From positions 73,966,001 through 74,030,000 of the forward strand of contig NC_042997.1 of NCBI RefSeq assembly GCF_006345805.1: 64,000 nt of DNA. The letters run 5' to 3'. Positions within the stretch are counted from its first letter, which is position 1. Each line of letters opens with the position of its first letter. The translations under genes and the position numbers were made by a program. Shown one piece after another: positions 38,300 to 52,700 of this stretch. Under the pieces are notes generated by a model. It ran no database searches. It was not told the DNA's origin and was given only the letters and a program-made list of their open reading frames with translations. Source of the DNA: Octopus sinensis. Taxonomy: Eukaryota.

Positions 38300-39902
38300 T
38301 AACACACAGGCAATAAATATTTAACTATGTAACAAAAAATAATATAATATAAATATACATACACGTATGTGTGTATGTGCATGTGCGTATATATGTGTGT
38401 GTATATGTGTGTATGTATGTATGTACACAGATCTTAGGAGGGTTTACTCCAGGAAGCACTCACACAAAAGGTGGCTATCTGAAAATTGCAAAAGAAGAAC
38501 AAACCCCATAGAAACATTGAAAATCTATGTTTCACAGCCATCATATAGTATGAATGATAAAAATTGTCATGTCAGGTTGCTCTAGAGTGCTACTGGTAGC
38601 ACGTAATCTAGTACAACCAGTTTCATGGTCGGGTCATCGGCGACTAAACTGACAACCCCACCAGGCTCGCTTGGTGAGGAGGATGTTGTTGGACACCCTG
38701 TGAGATGAAAAATAAGCCCTGTCAAAATGGCGGATGAACTCCTGAACTGTCAACAGCCATCCAACAAAATGTCAGCCTGCCCACCCAGCCAGTGGGATGG
38801 CATCATCTTATGGCTAAAACAGCATGAATAAAAATTGAGGAATAGAATTTGATATTCTTATTTCATAGTTGACAATTGCTTCAGCAACTTCACAGTAACC
38901 TTTCATTCATTAGCAATGATGCAGTCATGCATGCTATGTATTGTTAATTCTATAACAGACTAGGGTGTTGTTTCATCAAAATAATTTATAAAAACAATTC
39001 GCAACAAAATCAGAATGAGTGGTGTTAAAATCTAGAATCTCATCAAGAATAAAATATAATAAAGTAATAAAGAAGCTGAGCATTTCCATCAGCTGGTACA
39101 ACAATAAGATTGTGCCTAGCAGACTGGATGCTATCTGAGTCTGCTGGAAACAGATTTGATTTATAGTAGATTCGTACAAATAAAATAACATCAAGTTACC
39201 TTCCAATTATCATTGATAGTTTCCATTTGGATGTTGGACTAGAATCTATAGGTCTTACCTTAATTATTGTATTGGTTCTAAATACTTACATATCACTTGC
39301 ACAGACAAGACAATTATGTGTGTGTGTGGTGTGTGTGTGTGTGTGTGTGCGTGTGTGTGTATGGTGTGTGTGTGCTTCATTCCACACCCACTAGGGAACA
39401 GTGCAGAAGGAAGCTGAAACAGTTTTTGTGCTAAATAAAGCTTCTAGTTACACCCCGTCTTTTGTATCCATCATTTGAAATTTACCTAACATGTACCTAG
39501 GAATTCCTGACATAGATCCAGCGATGAAAGTGCAATAATGGTAACCATAAGTGGTGAACATGTTCTCCAGGCACACTACCTGGTACTTAACCAAAACAAG
39601 GTTTGGAGACTGCATTTTAATGTCTCCTTACTAAACCTTAATTTTTAATTTTAAATATAACTTATATATATATATATACTAGCTTAAAAGCTGCACTCCA
39701 TGTGGACTTTTAAGCTAGCTCCTGTGGAGGGCTAATTGGGCTTGTGGCCCAAAACGAAAGACTGATAATAATAAAGCATTTATTGATACCCTTCCAATAT
39801 GGTATTACTTTATTTTCAGTTTAAATGAAAAACATGTAACTTAACACATTTTTGGAGTTCTTTTAAAATTTGGATAGAAGATATATATAATATATGCATA
39901 TA

Positions 39903-40703
39903 CAGGGGGCAATGGGTAAATTGTCGCCATTTTACATTTTTAATTTCATGCATGTGCATTGTTTGTTTTTTATTTTGTCAACTACACTGTTTAGTAGCAT
40001 CAGTTGGGCTCTGTCTGTGAGAAAAATTTGCCAGAAATGTGGAAATGACATGCTGTACTGCTTGGCATTTGCCCCAGAAGCTCCAGTACGAACATTTCAG
40101 AGTGTTTGGGCATCAGTCTGAGGACAATGCAATCTGAGGACATGTACAAAGAGTGATAAAAATCAAACATTCAGTCAACATCATGGTGTTTGGAGTGATC
40201 ACTAATGATGATAACATTATGCCTCCATTCATCTTCCCACACTGCATCACACTCAACACAGAAGCCTACATCAAATGCCTGGAGGAGGTAGTGCTGCCCT
40301 GGGTCAAGAGGGTGGCTGCTGGAAGACCCTATTTCTGGCAACGCGACTCTGCACCATTCCACACAAGCAGGAGAACCCAGTCATAGCTTGTCAAACAATT
40401 TCTGCAAGCACGTCACCCCTAACATCTGGACACATAACTCCCCAGACTGCAACCCCCTTGATTATTATGTGTGGAATGCAGTTGAGCGAGAGAACAACAA
40501 AACTCCTTGTAACACCAAAGATGAACTGAAGGCAAGGATTATGGCAGCGTTCACCAACTTAAACAAGGAGATTTTCCAGAAGAGTTTCAGGAGATTCCAA
40601 AGTCATCTGGAAGCCATGGTTGAAGTGAATGGCAATTTTATGAGTTGTCATTGTTATTTTCATTCTTGCATAATTTAGATGACAGTTTATCCACTGCACT
40701 CTG
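39903..40703 (+). mobile_element. Internally deleted DD37D (maT-type) transposon
   Basis: TA-flanked TIRs (cagggggcaatgggtaaattgtc / gacagtttatccactgcactctg). I count 37 residues between the D of QRDSAPFH and the D of PDCNPLDY across a frameshift. Confidence 0.8.
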
Positions 40704-40981
40704 TATGTGTGTGTGTGTATTGTGACTTTGATTCTGTGTTTGTCCCCCACCATCACTTGATAACTGGTGTTACTGTTCATGTAACTTAGCAGTTCACCAA
40801 TAAAAAAGTACCAAATATAAAAAGAAAGAACTGGTGTTAACTTGTGCAATTAAAATTCTTCAAGGCAGTGCCCCAGCATGACTGCAGTCTAATGACTGAA
40901 AAAGATAAAAGATCAACTAAATTCCTTAGTAAAACTTAAAGCTAAGGGAAGTAAATCTTGTACCTCTCACTGTCACTTTAC

Positions 40982-41123
40982 CTGCGAGAAATAGCAACCC
41001 AAATGCTTTTAAATCAGATCCCAATGCTGGATGTTCAAAAACCAAATCAAGGACAGATTTTTCAGTCCTGGGAACATCCTGATTCCCAAATGGTATAATA
41101 TGCTTATGTAGAGCAAATGTAAA
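40982..41123 (-). CDS. Candidate orphan exon (FTFALHKHIIPFGNQDVPRTEKSVLDLVFEHPALGSDLKAFGLLFLA-G)
   Basis: Non-repetitive open frame bounded by atttcag| and GCAG|gtaaag. Protein family not recognised. Confidence 0.3.
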
Positions 41124-41219
41124 CTGAAATACAGGGGTCCCAGACAGACAGAATTTTGCTTTTATTACCATACATATATATATATATATATATATAATAT
41201 ATATATATATATATACTTA

Positions 41220-41593
41220 TTCATGCATTTGATTGCAGCCATGCTGGAGCACCGCCTTTAGTCGAATAAATCAACCCCAGTACTTATTCTTTGTAAGCCT
41301 AGTGCTTATTCTATCAGTCTCTTTGACGAACCACTAAGTTACGGGGATGTAAACACACCAACATTGATTGTCAAGTGATGGTGGGGGGGGACAATCACAG
41401 ACACACAAACATATATATATATATGATGGGTTTCTCTCACTTTCTGTCTACCAAATCCACTCACAAGGCTTTGGTTGGCCCAAGGCTATAGTAGAAGACA
41501 CTTGCCCAAGATGCCATGCAGTGGGACTGAACCTGGAATCATGTAGTCGGTAAGCAAACTACTTACCACAGTTTCTGCCATTTCACTGTGGCA

Positions 41594-41640
<47 letters not shown>

Positions 41641-41810
41641 CGCAGGAGTGACTGTGTGGTAAGTAGCTTACTTACCAACCACATGGTTCCGGGTTAATTC
41701 CCACTGCATGGCACCTTGGGCAAGTGTCTTCTATTATAGCCTCGGGCCAACCAAAGCCCTAAGAGTGGATTTGGTAGACGGAAACTGAAAGAACCCCGTC
41801 ATATATATGA
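41220..41810. mobile_element. Two SINE copies, head to head (41220-41570 minus; 41637-41810 plus)
   Basis: Both match the 7341-7727 SINE. Confidence 0.75.
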
Positions 41811-42014
41811 ACTATGGTGTGTGAGTGTGTGTGTGTATGTCAGAATGGTGTGTGGGAGTGTGCATATGTGACTAGGGACAAGTGAGTCTAACGTGTGTGT
41901 GTAACATGTGTGTTGTGTGTAGCAGTTGATTTGTGCTTTTTGAAGTGTGTGTATTTGTATATATACATATATTTCCTATACATATGACTATGCATATATT
42001 TACATACACATACG

Positions 42015-42048
<34 letters not shown>

Positions 42049-42239
42049 AGTGCAGGCATGGCTGTGTAGTATGAAGCTTGCTTCCCAATCACATGGTTCC
42101 ATTTCAGTTACACTGCATGGCACCTTGGGCAAGTGTCTTCTATTATAGCTTTCAGCTGACATACACGTAAAGATACACATTCTCATCATCACTAACACTT
42201 ACCTATAAGTGTTTAAATCAGCAAACATGTCCAGATAAA

Positions 42240-43260
42240 TATATGTGCAAGAGCATAATCATCTGTACAGATGCACACGTAGTAGAGAGCATCTGTTATC
42301 CAGGAGACCATGTTAGTAGTGGAGGTGGATGCTTCAAGAGTGTAGCTGTGAGAATAAGAATAGGCTGCGCAAAGCTCCTACATCTGCTGGCAAAAAAAAG
42401 CCTCTCCCTCAGAGTGAAAGGCAGATTGTATGATGCCTGAGTGCAAACATCTATGCTACATGGCAGTTAAAGATGGGCTTTGACAGCCGAGGACATGTAT
42501 AGGCTTGATCTTTCGAGCCAGTATGCTTCACTGGATGTGCAATGTTAGTGTGCATGTTCAACAGATTGTAATTATCTTGAGAGAAAAGTTAGGCATATGA
42601 GGCATCAGACGTGGTGTGTAAGAGAGACAACTATGCTGGTATGGTCATGTGTGATGAAGTGCCAATCTCTAACTGTGGCGGGAACTTTTGGTAGAGATAG
42701 ACCCAGGAAGACATGGGACAAGGTGGTGAAGCATGATCTTTGGACTTTGGGCTTCACAGAGGCAATGACTGATGACAGAGACCTTTGGCTATATTCTGTG
42801 CTTCAGAAGACCTGTCAAGCCAAGTGAAATCAGAGTTGTGGCTGACGCTGATGTCATGTAACAGGCACCCATGCCAGTGGCTTATAAAAAGTATCCTTTG
42901 AGTGCTTACGGATGCAAAGTGGCTGTGTTTCTATTAAATGTAGGGCCTCACGGAGGCAATGACTGAGACCTTTGGCATTATGTTGTGTTTGAGAAGAAGA
43001 CCCATTAAGTCAAGCTAAATCATAGTCGTGGCAGATACTGGTGTTATGCAAATGGCACCCGTGCCAGTGACATGTAAAAGCACTCATTACACTCTCAGAA
43101 TGGTTGGTGTTAGAAAGGCCATCCACTCATAGAAACCATGCCAAATCAGACTGGAGTCTGATGCAGCCTTCCAGTTTACCAGTCCAGGTCAAACTGTCCA
43201 ACCATACCAGCATGGATAACGGACATTAAATGATGATGATGGTGATGATGATGATCATAT
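42240..43260 (+). mobile_element. Decayed RTE LINE 3' fragment with tail
   Basis: SLRVKGRLYDA, GRDRPRKTWDKVVKHDL, and a tail ending atgatgatg. Confidence 0.8.
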
Positions 43261-44169
43261 AAAGACACATAAATAAATATTTATATTTACAGGTATATAG
43301 ATATACTCTTGCTCAAATGCATACATGCAGAGAATATACACAATCTCAAACAGACATAGATTATGAACTGGTACAAAAGGCTACTTATAACATTCTGGGA
43401 GCAATTAGATATTGATGACATTGAACAGCAAGATATTCCAAGGTAATAGTTCATTATTCTAATTAGGCCTTATAATTTGGTTTTCAGATTAGTGGAAAGG
43501 CATTTTTGGAAAGTTTTCCTGATGCTATGGTTACCACGTATAATTAGTTCACTGTATATGTTAATCAAATTCGAGCTGCAATCTAAAATCTGGATAGCCT
43601 CTGTCAAGCACAAATTTCACCATTCTTCTGCCATCGTACAGAAAAAACAGGAGACTGAATAGTTAATATTTCTATCACACAACTGCCATAGTAGCTTAGC
43701 TAGGGAAGTGTTATGTCTCTTGTGACTGTCTTTAAATGAATTAATGTAATTCCTTCAACCCAATTTAAAATTGTCTGCAGTAGCATCAATGTAACAGTAC
43801 ACCACATTTTTTTCAGAGGCAATTGTTGTTCAAAGAATATGAGTCTTTATTCTTAAGTTACATGTTTCTATATTGGTGGTAGCCTTCAAGTCGATGTTCA
43901 GAGAGATTGTGTCATTGTTGGAAAAATCATCCCTGGCACATTTTGCATGAGTATTTTGCATTGCATTTATAGGTTGGTGTCTAGAGTTTCTGTTACTAGT
44001 GCTGTAATTAACATCTGGGTCATCAGTACATCGATTAAGCTTTAGTAATTGAATAGTAGTCTAAGTTTGGAGATAGTGCATATAATAGCTTAACAGTGAG
44101 TCAATAAAAATCCAAAGGCATGTATCACAGGGAATAAAGTACTTATCCACCGCAAATATCTGGAAATAT

Positions 44170-44925
44170 CTGCTCCATTGTCAGAGTGTCTGCCGAACTA
44201 TACCCTTGCCCCGGTAGTCTGCAGAATGACCATCCTGCCCTGACCACCCAAGTGCAGGTCTATGGCTAGCAGCTCCCAGCACCATCCTACATTTCTCTTT
44301 ATTTTTGTATATGCATTGATCAGCTCTAAGTTCAGTCAACTGAGCTGAAAAACATACATTACTTTTTGCACCTGGCTTTAAAGACAGAATCTTTTCCTAT
44401 CTGCATTGTCATTACTTTCTAAAACTTTTAGCTGATACTGTTGTAGTTATCACCCATGTGCTTGTGTGAGTGTATGCATGTGCGTGTGTATGTGTGTGTT
44501 TGTAAGCATCCATGTGTGCGTGTGTGTGTGTGTGTGCATCCATGTGTGTGTGTGTGTTTTTGATAATTTTATTTATCCACTGCCTGTACGATATATACAA
44601 TTTAAAAATAAAAAGAACATAGTATATACAATACATACACACAGAGTCCAAAATTGAAACATACACAATACACACACACAACACTCCACAAACACATAGT
44701 TGAATGGCCGTTGATTATGTTGTAGTTCCTCCGCCCTTTGACAGGTCTTTTTTTTGTCCCATAGGGTGTTCAACAAGCACCCACCTCACCAAGAAAGCCT
44801 GGTGGGGTTGCCAGTTTAGTTGCTGACGTCCCAACCATGGAGCAGGTTTTACTGGGCTACATGGTGCCAGTAGCACTCGAGAGTGACCTGACATACATAC
44901 ATACATACATACATACATACATACA

Positions 44926-44959
<34 letters not shown>

Positions 44960-46398
44960 CATACAGAAAAATTATATGCTTACATACATACATTGTAATG
45001 TATGTTTGGATTGCTATTAACCTTGTTATCTGAACAGAAAAATGCTATGTTGAGGGTGTTTAATAGGACTGAAGCATGTTTATTGTTTTCAAAAGTTGGC
45101 TTCAGGGATAAAATTCACTACAATCAGCATAATTCATATGCTACATGTAACCTTTAATTACACAAAAAGTATAGCTGCCAAATTGTGTAACTGATAGCAT
45201 TTATCCTCTTTTGATGCATTCCTGTTATGACAATCCCGTATATTTCCAAAACCCAATGTTTCAAGGCAGTAAGAATTAAATGGATGAGACTTTGTTGGTA
45301 TTTCTTACAGGTTGAATGGCTAAGTAGATCCCTGCTCACTGGCACCATAAATGTAGATACTTTTGGAGGTGCTGTAGCTTTGTAGTTGTTGACCTAATTT
45401 CAGTTTGCAGTGCAGTGTGGTTGATTGTGAAATGAGACATTGTCATAAAATCATAGTCACTCTACTCCCATGTCGAGTGCAATTACTACTATATGTATTA
45501 CATATACTTCAGTAGTTTTGCTCTCTTCTTTCCCGCTTTTATTATCAGCCATTTAAAATGTGTTCCTATGCTTCACTAATGCCATAAATTAATGCGTTAA
45601 TATCTGGCCCTAATTACGAACAAGAATATTAAGACTATGAAACCTATTCACCAGGTCAATATGATCTTACAATAAGGCAGGATGAATTTCATGCTACTCA
45701 TTGAAAGGGAGTGACAAAAGTTCATTAGTTGCTTAAAGAAGAAAACTGACATACTTTTAATTATCATGATGCACTTTATGAAATTGAAGACTACAGAATT
45801 AGAAATAAAACACTTTTCTCAAGATGGCAATATATGTATATATATATATATATATATATTCCTATTTCTAATTATGTCAGTTTACGCTTTTTAAATGACT
45901 ACTGAAATTTTGTCACTCCCATTTAATAAGAATCATGAAATTTATCCTGCTTTGAAGTTCATTGCTTTATGTAAGGTCATATTGACCTGTTGAAAAATTA
46001 TATGCTTGATGAATTTGACCAACAGTAAGCTGTTCATGAGATAAGTACTGAAGTTCTTATCTCATGAACAGCTTACTGTTTACTTACATGTTCTATTTTT
46101 ATAATTTCATGAGTAGCATGAAATTCATCCTGCCTTATTGTAAGATCATATTGACCTGGTGAATAGGTTTTAACAGAAAAATTATATGCTTGATGAATTT
46201 GACCAACCAATCCTTCAGTACTTATCTCATGAACAGCTTACTGTTTGCTTACATGTTCTATTTTTATAAATGTAACCTCGATTATTCTGTATTTGAACTT
46301 CTCCATATCCTTATTTAATTAATTTTGCCTTCTTTGGTAACAATTTCCACACCAAACAGACACTCATAAAATGAACAGTAAGATAAATAAAATTATCC

Positions 46399-46432
<34 letters not shown>

Positions 46433-47715
46433 GATGCACACACACACACACACACGCACACATGGATGCATACAAACACACACATACACACGCACATGCA
46501 TACACTCACACAAGCACATGGGTGATAACTACAACAGTATCAGCTAAAAGTTTTAGAAAGTAATGACAATGCAGATAGGAAAAGATTCTGTCTTTAAAGC
46601 CAGGTGCAAAAAGTAATGTATGTTTTTCAGCTCAGTTGACTGAACTTAGAGCTGATCAATGCATATACAAAAATAAAGAGAAATGTACAGATGCTTATTA
46701 TGGCTATAGAGCTGAAAAGAAATATGTACGGGTGTCCTGCATTCCAAATTCACATGTAGTAGAGTCATACCACATTAATATAATGTGTTGAAAAACTAAG
46801 CCTTACTGGATTTAGATTAGGTGATATTAAAGCAGCTTGTTTTTAGCTATTGGACAGTATTTAAGGAAGTTTTTGTCTGTTAATCATAAAGATAGTCCAC
46901 GTTAATCTTACTTTAAAAGGAAGGCAAAACTGACCTCACATTGATGCATATCTTTATTATCAAATTATTATAAACATTTCAAAGGTTGTATTGAATGTTA
47001 GTATTATACATTTATGGTTATGATGATCAGGTTTCATAGTCTTAATATTCTTGTTCGTAATTAGGGCCAGATATTAACGCATTAATTTATGGCATTAGTG
47101 AAGCATAGGAACACATTTTAAATGGCTGATAATAAAAGCGGGAAAGAAGAGAGCAAAACTACTGAAGTATATGTAATACATATAGTAGTAATTGCACTCA
47201 ACATGGGAGTAGAGTGACTATGATTTTATGACAATGTCTCTTTTCACAATCAACCACACTGCACTGCAAACTGAAATTAGGTCAACAACTACAAAGCTAC
47301 AGCACCTCCAAAAGTATCTACATTTATGGCGCCAGTGAGCAGGGATCTACTTAGCCATTCAACCTGTAAGAAATACCAACAAAGTCTCCCTCCATTTAAT
47401 TCTTACTGCCTTGAAACATTGGGTTTTGGAAATATACGGGATTGTCATAACAGGAATGCATCAAAAGAGGATAAATGCTATCAGTTACACAATTTGGCAG
47501 CTATACTTTTTGTGTAATTAAAGGTTACAGGTAGCATATGAATTATGCTGATTGTGGTGAATTTTATCCCTGAAGCCAACTTTTGAAAACAATAAACATG
47601 CTTCAGTCCTATTAAACACCCTCAACATAGCATTTTTCTGTTCAGATAACAAGGCTAATAGCAATCCAAACATACATTACAATGTATGTATGTAAGCATA
47701 TAATTTTTCTGTATG

Positions 47716-47749
<34 letters not shown>

Positions 47750-49391
47750 TGTATGTCAGGTCACTCTCGAGTGCTACTGGCACCATGTAGCCCAGTAAAA
47801 CCTGCTCCATGGTTGGGACGTCAGCAACTAAACTGGCAACCCCACCAGGCTTTCTTGGTGAGGTGGGTGCTTGTTGAACACCCTATGGGACAAAAAAAAG
47901 ACCTGTCAAAGGGCGGAGGAACTACAACATAATCAACGGCCATTCAACTATGTGTTTGTGGAGTGTTGTGTGTGTGTATTGTGTATGTTTCAATTTTGGA
48001 CTCTGTGTGTATGTATTGTATATACTATGTTCTTTTTATTTTTAAATTGTATATATCATACAGGCAGTGGATAAATAAAATTATCAAAAACACACACACA
48101 CACACACATGGATGCACACACACACACACACGCACACATGGATGCATACAAACACACACATACACACGCACATGCATACACTCACACAAGCACATGGGTG
48201 ATAACTTCAGCAGTATCAGCTAAAAGTTTTAGAAAGTAATGACAATGCAGATAGGAAAAGATTCTGTCTTTAAAGCCAGGTGCAAAAAGTAATGTATGTT
48301 TTTCAGCTCAGTTGACTGAACTTAGAACTGATCAAGGCATATAGAAAAATAAAGAGAAATGTACAGATGCTTATTATGGCTATAGAGCTGAAAAGAAATA
48401 TGTACGGGTGTCCTGCATTCCAAATTCACATGTAGTAGAGTCATACCACATTAATATAATGTGTTGAAAAACTAAGGCTTACTGGATTTAGATTAGGTGA
48501 CATTAAAGCAGCTTGTTTTTAGCTATTGGACAGTATTTAAGGAAGTTTTTGTCTGTTAATCGTAAAGATAGTCCACGTTAATCTTACTTTAAAAGGAAGG
48601 CAAAACTGACCTCACATTGATGCATATCTTTATTATCAAATTATTATAAACATTTCAAAGGTTGTATTGAATGTTAGTATTATACATTTATGGTTATGAT
48701 GATCAGGTTTCATAGTCTTAATATTCTTGTTCGTAATTAGGGCCAGATATTAACGCATTAATTTATGGCATTAGTGAAGCATAGGAACACATTTTAAATG
48801 GCTGATAATAAAAGCGGGAAAGAAGAGAGCAAAACTACTGAAGTATACGTAATACATATAGTAGTAATTGCACTCGACATGGGAGTAGAGTGACTATGAT
48901 TTTATGACAATGTCTCTTTTCACAATCAACCACACTGCACTGCAAACTGAAATTAGGTCAACAACTACAAAGCCTCCGCACCTCAAAAAGTATCTACATT
49001 TATGGCGCCAGTGAGCAGGGATCTACTTAGCCATTCAACCTGTAAGAAATACCAACAAAGTCTCCCTCCATTTAATTCTTACTGCCTTGAAACATTGGGT
49101 TTTGGAAATATACGGGATTGTCATAACAGGAATGCATCAAAAGAGGATAAATGCTATCAGTTACACAATTTGGCAGCTATACTTTTTGTGTAATTAAAGG
49201 TTACAGGTAGCATATGAATTATGCTGATTGTAGTGAATTTTATCCCTGAAGCCAACTTTTGAAAACAATAGACATGCTTCAGTCCTATTAAACACCCTCA
49301 ACATAGCATTTTTCTGTTCAGATAACAAGGTTAATAGCCAACCAAACATACATTACAATGTATGTATGTAAGCATATAATTTTTCTGTATG

Positions 49392-49438
<47 letters not shown>

Positions 49439-49773
49439 GTATGTATGTATGTATATATGTCAGGTCACTCTCGAGTGCTACTGGCACCATGTAGCCCAGT
49501 AAAACCTGCTCCATGGTTGGGACATCAGCAACTAAACTGGCAACCCCACCAGGCTTTCTTGGTGAGGTGGGTGCTTGTTGAACACCCTATGGGACAAAAA
49601 AAAGACCTGTCAAAGGGCGGAGGAACTACAACATAATCAACGGCCATTCAACTATGTGTTTGTGGAGTGTTGTGTGTGTGTATTGTGTATGTTTCAATTT
49701 TGGACTCTGTGTGTATGTATTGTATATACTATGTTCTTTTTATTTTTAAATTGTATATATCGTACAGGCAGTG
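44170..49773. repeat. Complex segmental triplication: tandem 1.7 kb units (46382-48069, 48070-49773) plus an inverted copy (44288-45645 = reverse complement of 47029-48363) and an inverted LINE 5' UTR piece (44170-44287 = reverse complement of 50141-50258)
   Basis: Identical ORF translations recur in the track (MSGHSRVLLAPCSPVKP, MAPVSRDLLSHS); junctions were read directly from the sequence. Confidence 0.9.
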
Positions 49774-49774
49774 G

Positions 49775-52700
49775 GCAGGTCCCTCTGGTCTTGTACGAGT
49801 AGTGAGACATCCCTGCCCTCCAAGAGTTTCCCGCTGCCTTGCGGGTAAGTTTTTTGGTTAATCAAAGGGTACGGAGTAAACTCTATCCAAATCCGGAGTG
49901 GAGCCCCTAAGGTGGTTAGGTAATGAAGTCCATCATCTCTCCGGCAGCACCTGCAGTCCATTTGTGGCTAGGATGTGTCGTCCTGTGTCCCTCTTGGCTA
50001 GATCAGGTTGACCAAGTGGTGGGTCCTGGGCTTGGGCAACCCAAGGCCTCCTCAGTTCTCTTGCCCAGGATTCAGTGACTCCATCTGTCTACTTCTTCTT
50101 CTTCCAAGTCCTGAGGCAATGGATGATGGTGGCAGGTGCAGGATGGTGCTGAGAGCTGCTAGCCATAGACCTGCACTTGGGTGGTCAGGGCAGGATGGTC
50201 ATTCTGCAGACTACCGGGGCAAGGGTATAGTTCGGCAGACACTCTGACAATGGAGCAGCCCCCTTCAGGGATAGCACTGCACCCTCCCACTAAGGGGGAA
50301 GGGTCTAGAAAAGGTGACCTAAAGAAAGTTTGCCTCATCTCATCCCGTCAGCATACCGCATCTACCAAGTGATCAAAACATGAAAGAAATACAAAAGAAG
50401 AACCTAAAATCTTCCCACCAGAAGAGCACTTTATATGTTGGAGCCTGGAATATCAGAACACTCATGGACAACCAAAACTGTGACAGACCAGAATGTCAAA
50501 CTGCACTTGTGTGTCATGAACTGCAGAGATACAGCATTGATGTTGCTGCCCTCAGTGGGACCACGCCTTGCCGACACGGGGGTGATTACTGAGGCTGGAG
50601 CTGGATACACTTTCTTTTGGTCAGGGAAGGCACCAGATGAACGCAGGGAAGCAGGAGTTGGCTTTGCCATTCACATCACCCTCGTCAAGAACCTGGAGTG
50701 CCTTCCAAGAAGAATCAGCAACCGCCTGATGGTGATGAGAATTCCTCTCCAAGGCAAGATTCATGTGACACTCACCAGTCTTTACACCCCCACCATGACC
50801 TACACTCTGGAGCAGAGAGAGCTGTTCTATCAGAACCTCACCAAAGTGCTACGGTCAGTTCCTAAAGACGACAAGCTGCTGATACTCGGGGACTTCAATG
50901 CCCATGTAGGCAGAGATGCCCAGTCTTGGCCAGATGTGATTGGGCCACATGGCATCAGACATGAGAACACCAACGGTCAACTGCTACTCACCTTCTGTGC
51001 TGAACAGAGACTCACCATCACCAATACCCTGTACCAACTGCCTAACATCCACAAGGCTACCTGGATGCACCCAAGGTCCAAGTATTGGCACCTGATTGAC
51101 TATATGATCACCAGGCACCATGACATCCAGGATGTTCACATCACTAATGCAATGAAGGGAGCTGACTGCTGGCTGGATCTGCTGCTGAGGTGCAGGCTAT
51201 CCTTTTCCATCGTCAGCAGACACAGACACCAGAAAGCTGATGTTAAAAAGAAACTGGACGTCCAGAAACTCAATGAACCAAAATCAAAAGAGACCCTCAT
51301 TGCCAACCTTGCGAACCAGCTTGAACATTTGCCAGCAGAGGGAAACTTTGAGAAGGCCTGGCCAACTTCCAGGATGTAGTGTATGACGGAAACACCACGA
51401 CTGGTTTCACAACATGTAGGAGATCACCACACTCCTCCAGGAGAAGAAAGAAGCCTTCATAACCTGGCTCAACGACAAAGACTACCAAGCAAAGCACAAC
51501 CACCTCAAGAACATCAAAGGAAAGGTGCAGACTGAGCTGCGACAGATGAAAGACAAGTGGTGGGAAAACAAGGCTTCAGAACTACAGCAGTATGCAGACA
51601 AGCACAACTCCCAGAAGTTCTCTGCCGGCCTGAAAGGCGAGTATGGCTTCACGCTAAATGCAATGGCACCTGTGCACTCTGCCGATGGAACCCTACTTAC
51701 TGAGAAGAGCGACATCATACAGCGCTGGAGTGAATACTTCAGTCAGCTGCTAAACAGACCTTCCCAGATTGACCAGCAGGCCATCAAAGACATGCCACAG
51801 TGCCCAGTCCTGATGTCACTTGATGACCCCTCCCCCAACACTGGCAGATCCAGAAGGCCATCAAGCAACTACATGTGGGGAAAGCACCTGGTCCTAACAG
51901 AATACCCCTGGAGATCTTCAAAAAGGGAGGTGAAGCTGTTGCCATCAAGTTGACTGAGCTGATACAGCAGTTCTGGGACGAAGGATCAGTGCCACAGGAC
52001 TTCAAGGCTGCCAACATTGTGCATTTGTACAAGAACAAGGGGAACAGAGCTTCATGTGACAACCACAGAGGCATCTCATTGCTGAGCATAGCAGGAAAGA
52101 TCATGGCCCGTGTTTTTCTGAACCGCATCACACACCACATGATGGCATGATGGCTCGCATCATGGAAAACAGAGATGTCTCTGATCCATTCCCGGTCTCC
52201 AATGGCATGAAGCAAGGCTGCGTGATGGCTCCCAAACTCTTCAGCCTCATGTTTGCCACCATGCTCTTCCGCGCCCTGTTAAAGTCTGATGCCGATGTCA
52301 CTATTCGCTACAGATGTGACGGCCAATTCTTTGACCTCAGACGTCTGAAGGCAAAAACCAAAGTCCTGGACGCCCTAGTAAGAGACTTTCTATTTGCAGA
52401 CAATTGTGCACTTGCAGCATTGAATGGACCAGACCTGCAAGAACTTGCCACTTGTCTCGCATAAGCAGCAAAAGCCTTTGGACTGACCATTAGCCTGCGA
52501 AAAACTGAAGTGATGCTTCAGCCTGTACTTGGCCTGACACCTCCTGAGCCTCAGATTGAGATTGAGGGCACAACTCTGAACAACGTGGAGAGCTTTACAT
52601 ACCTGGGAAGCTGCCTGTCCTCAAACTGCAGCATGGACAAAGATGTCTCCATGAGGCTTGCAAAAGCAGGAGCTTCGTTTGGCAGACTTTCGACACATGT

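Noticed and set aside
43830-44070. ~75-codon open frame on minus (TIQLLKLNRCTDDPD...)
   Set aside because: Low-complexity N/T/D-rich composition, weak splice sites and no recognisable family.
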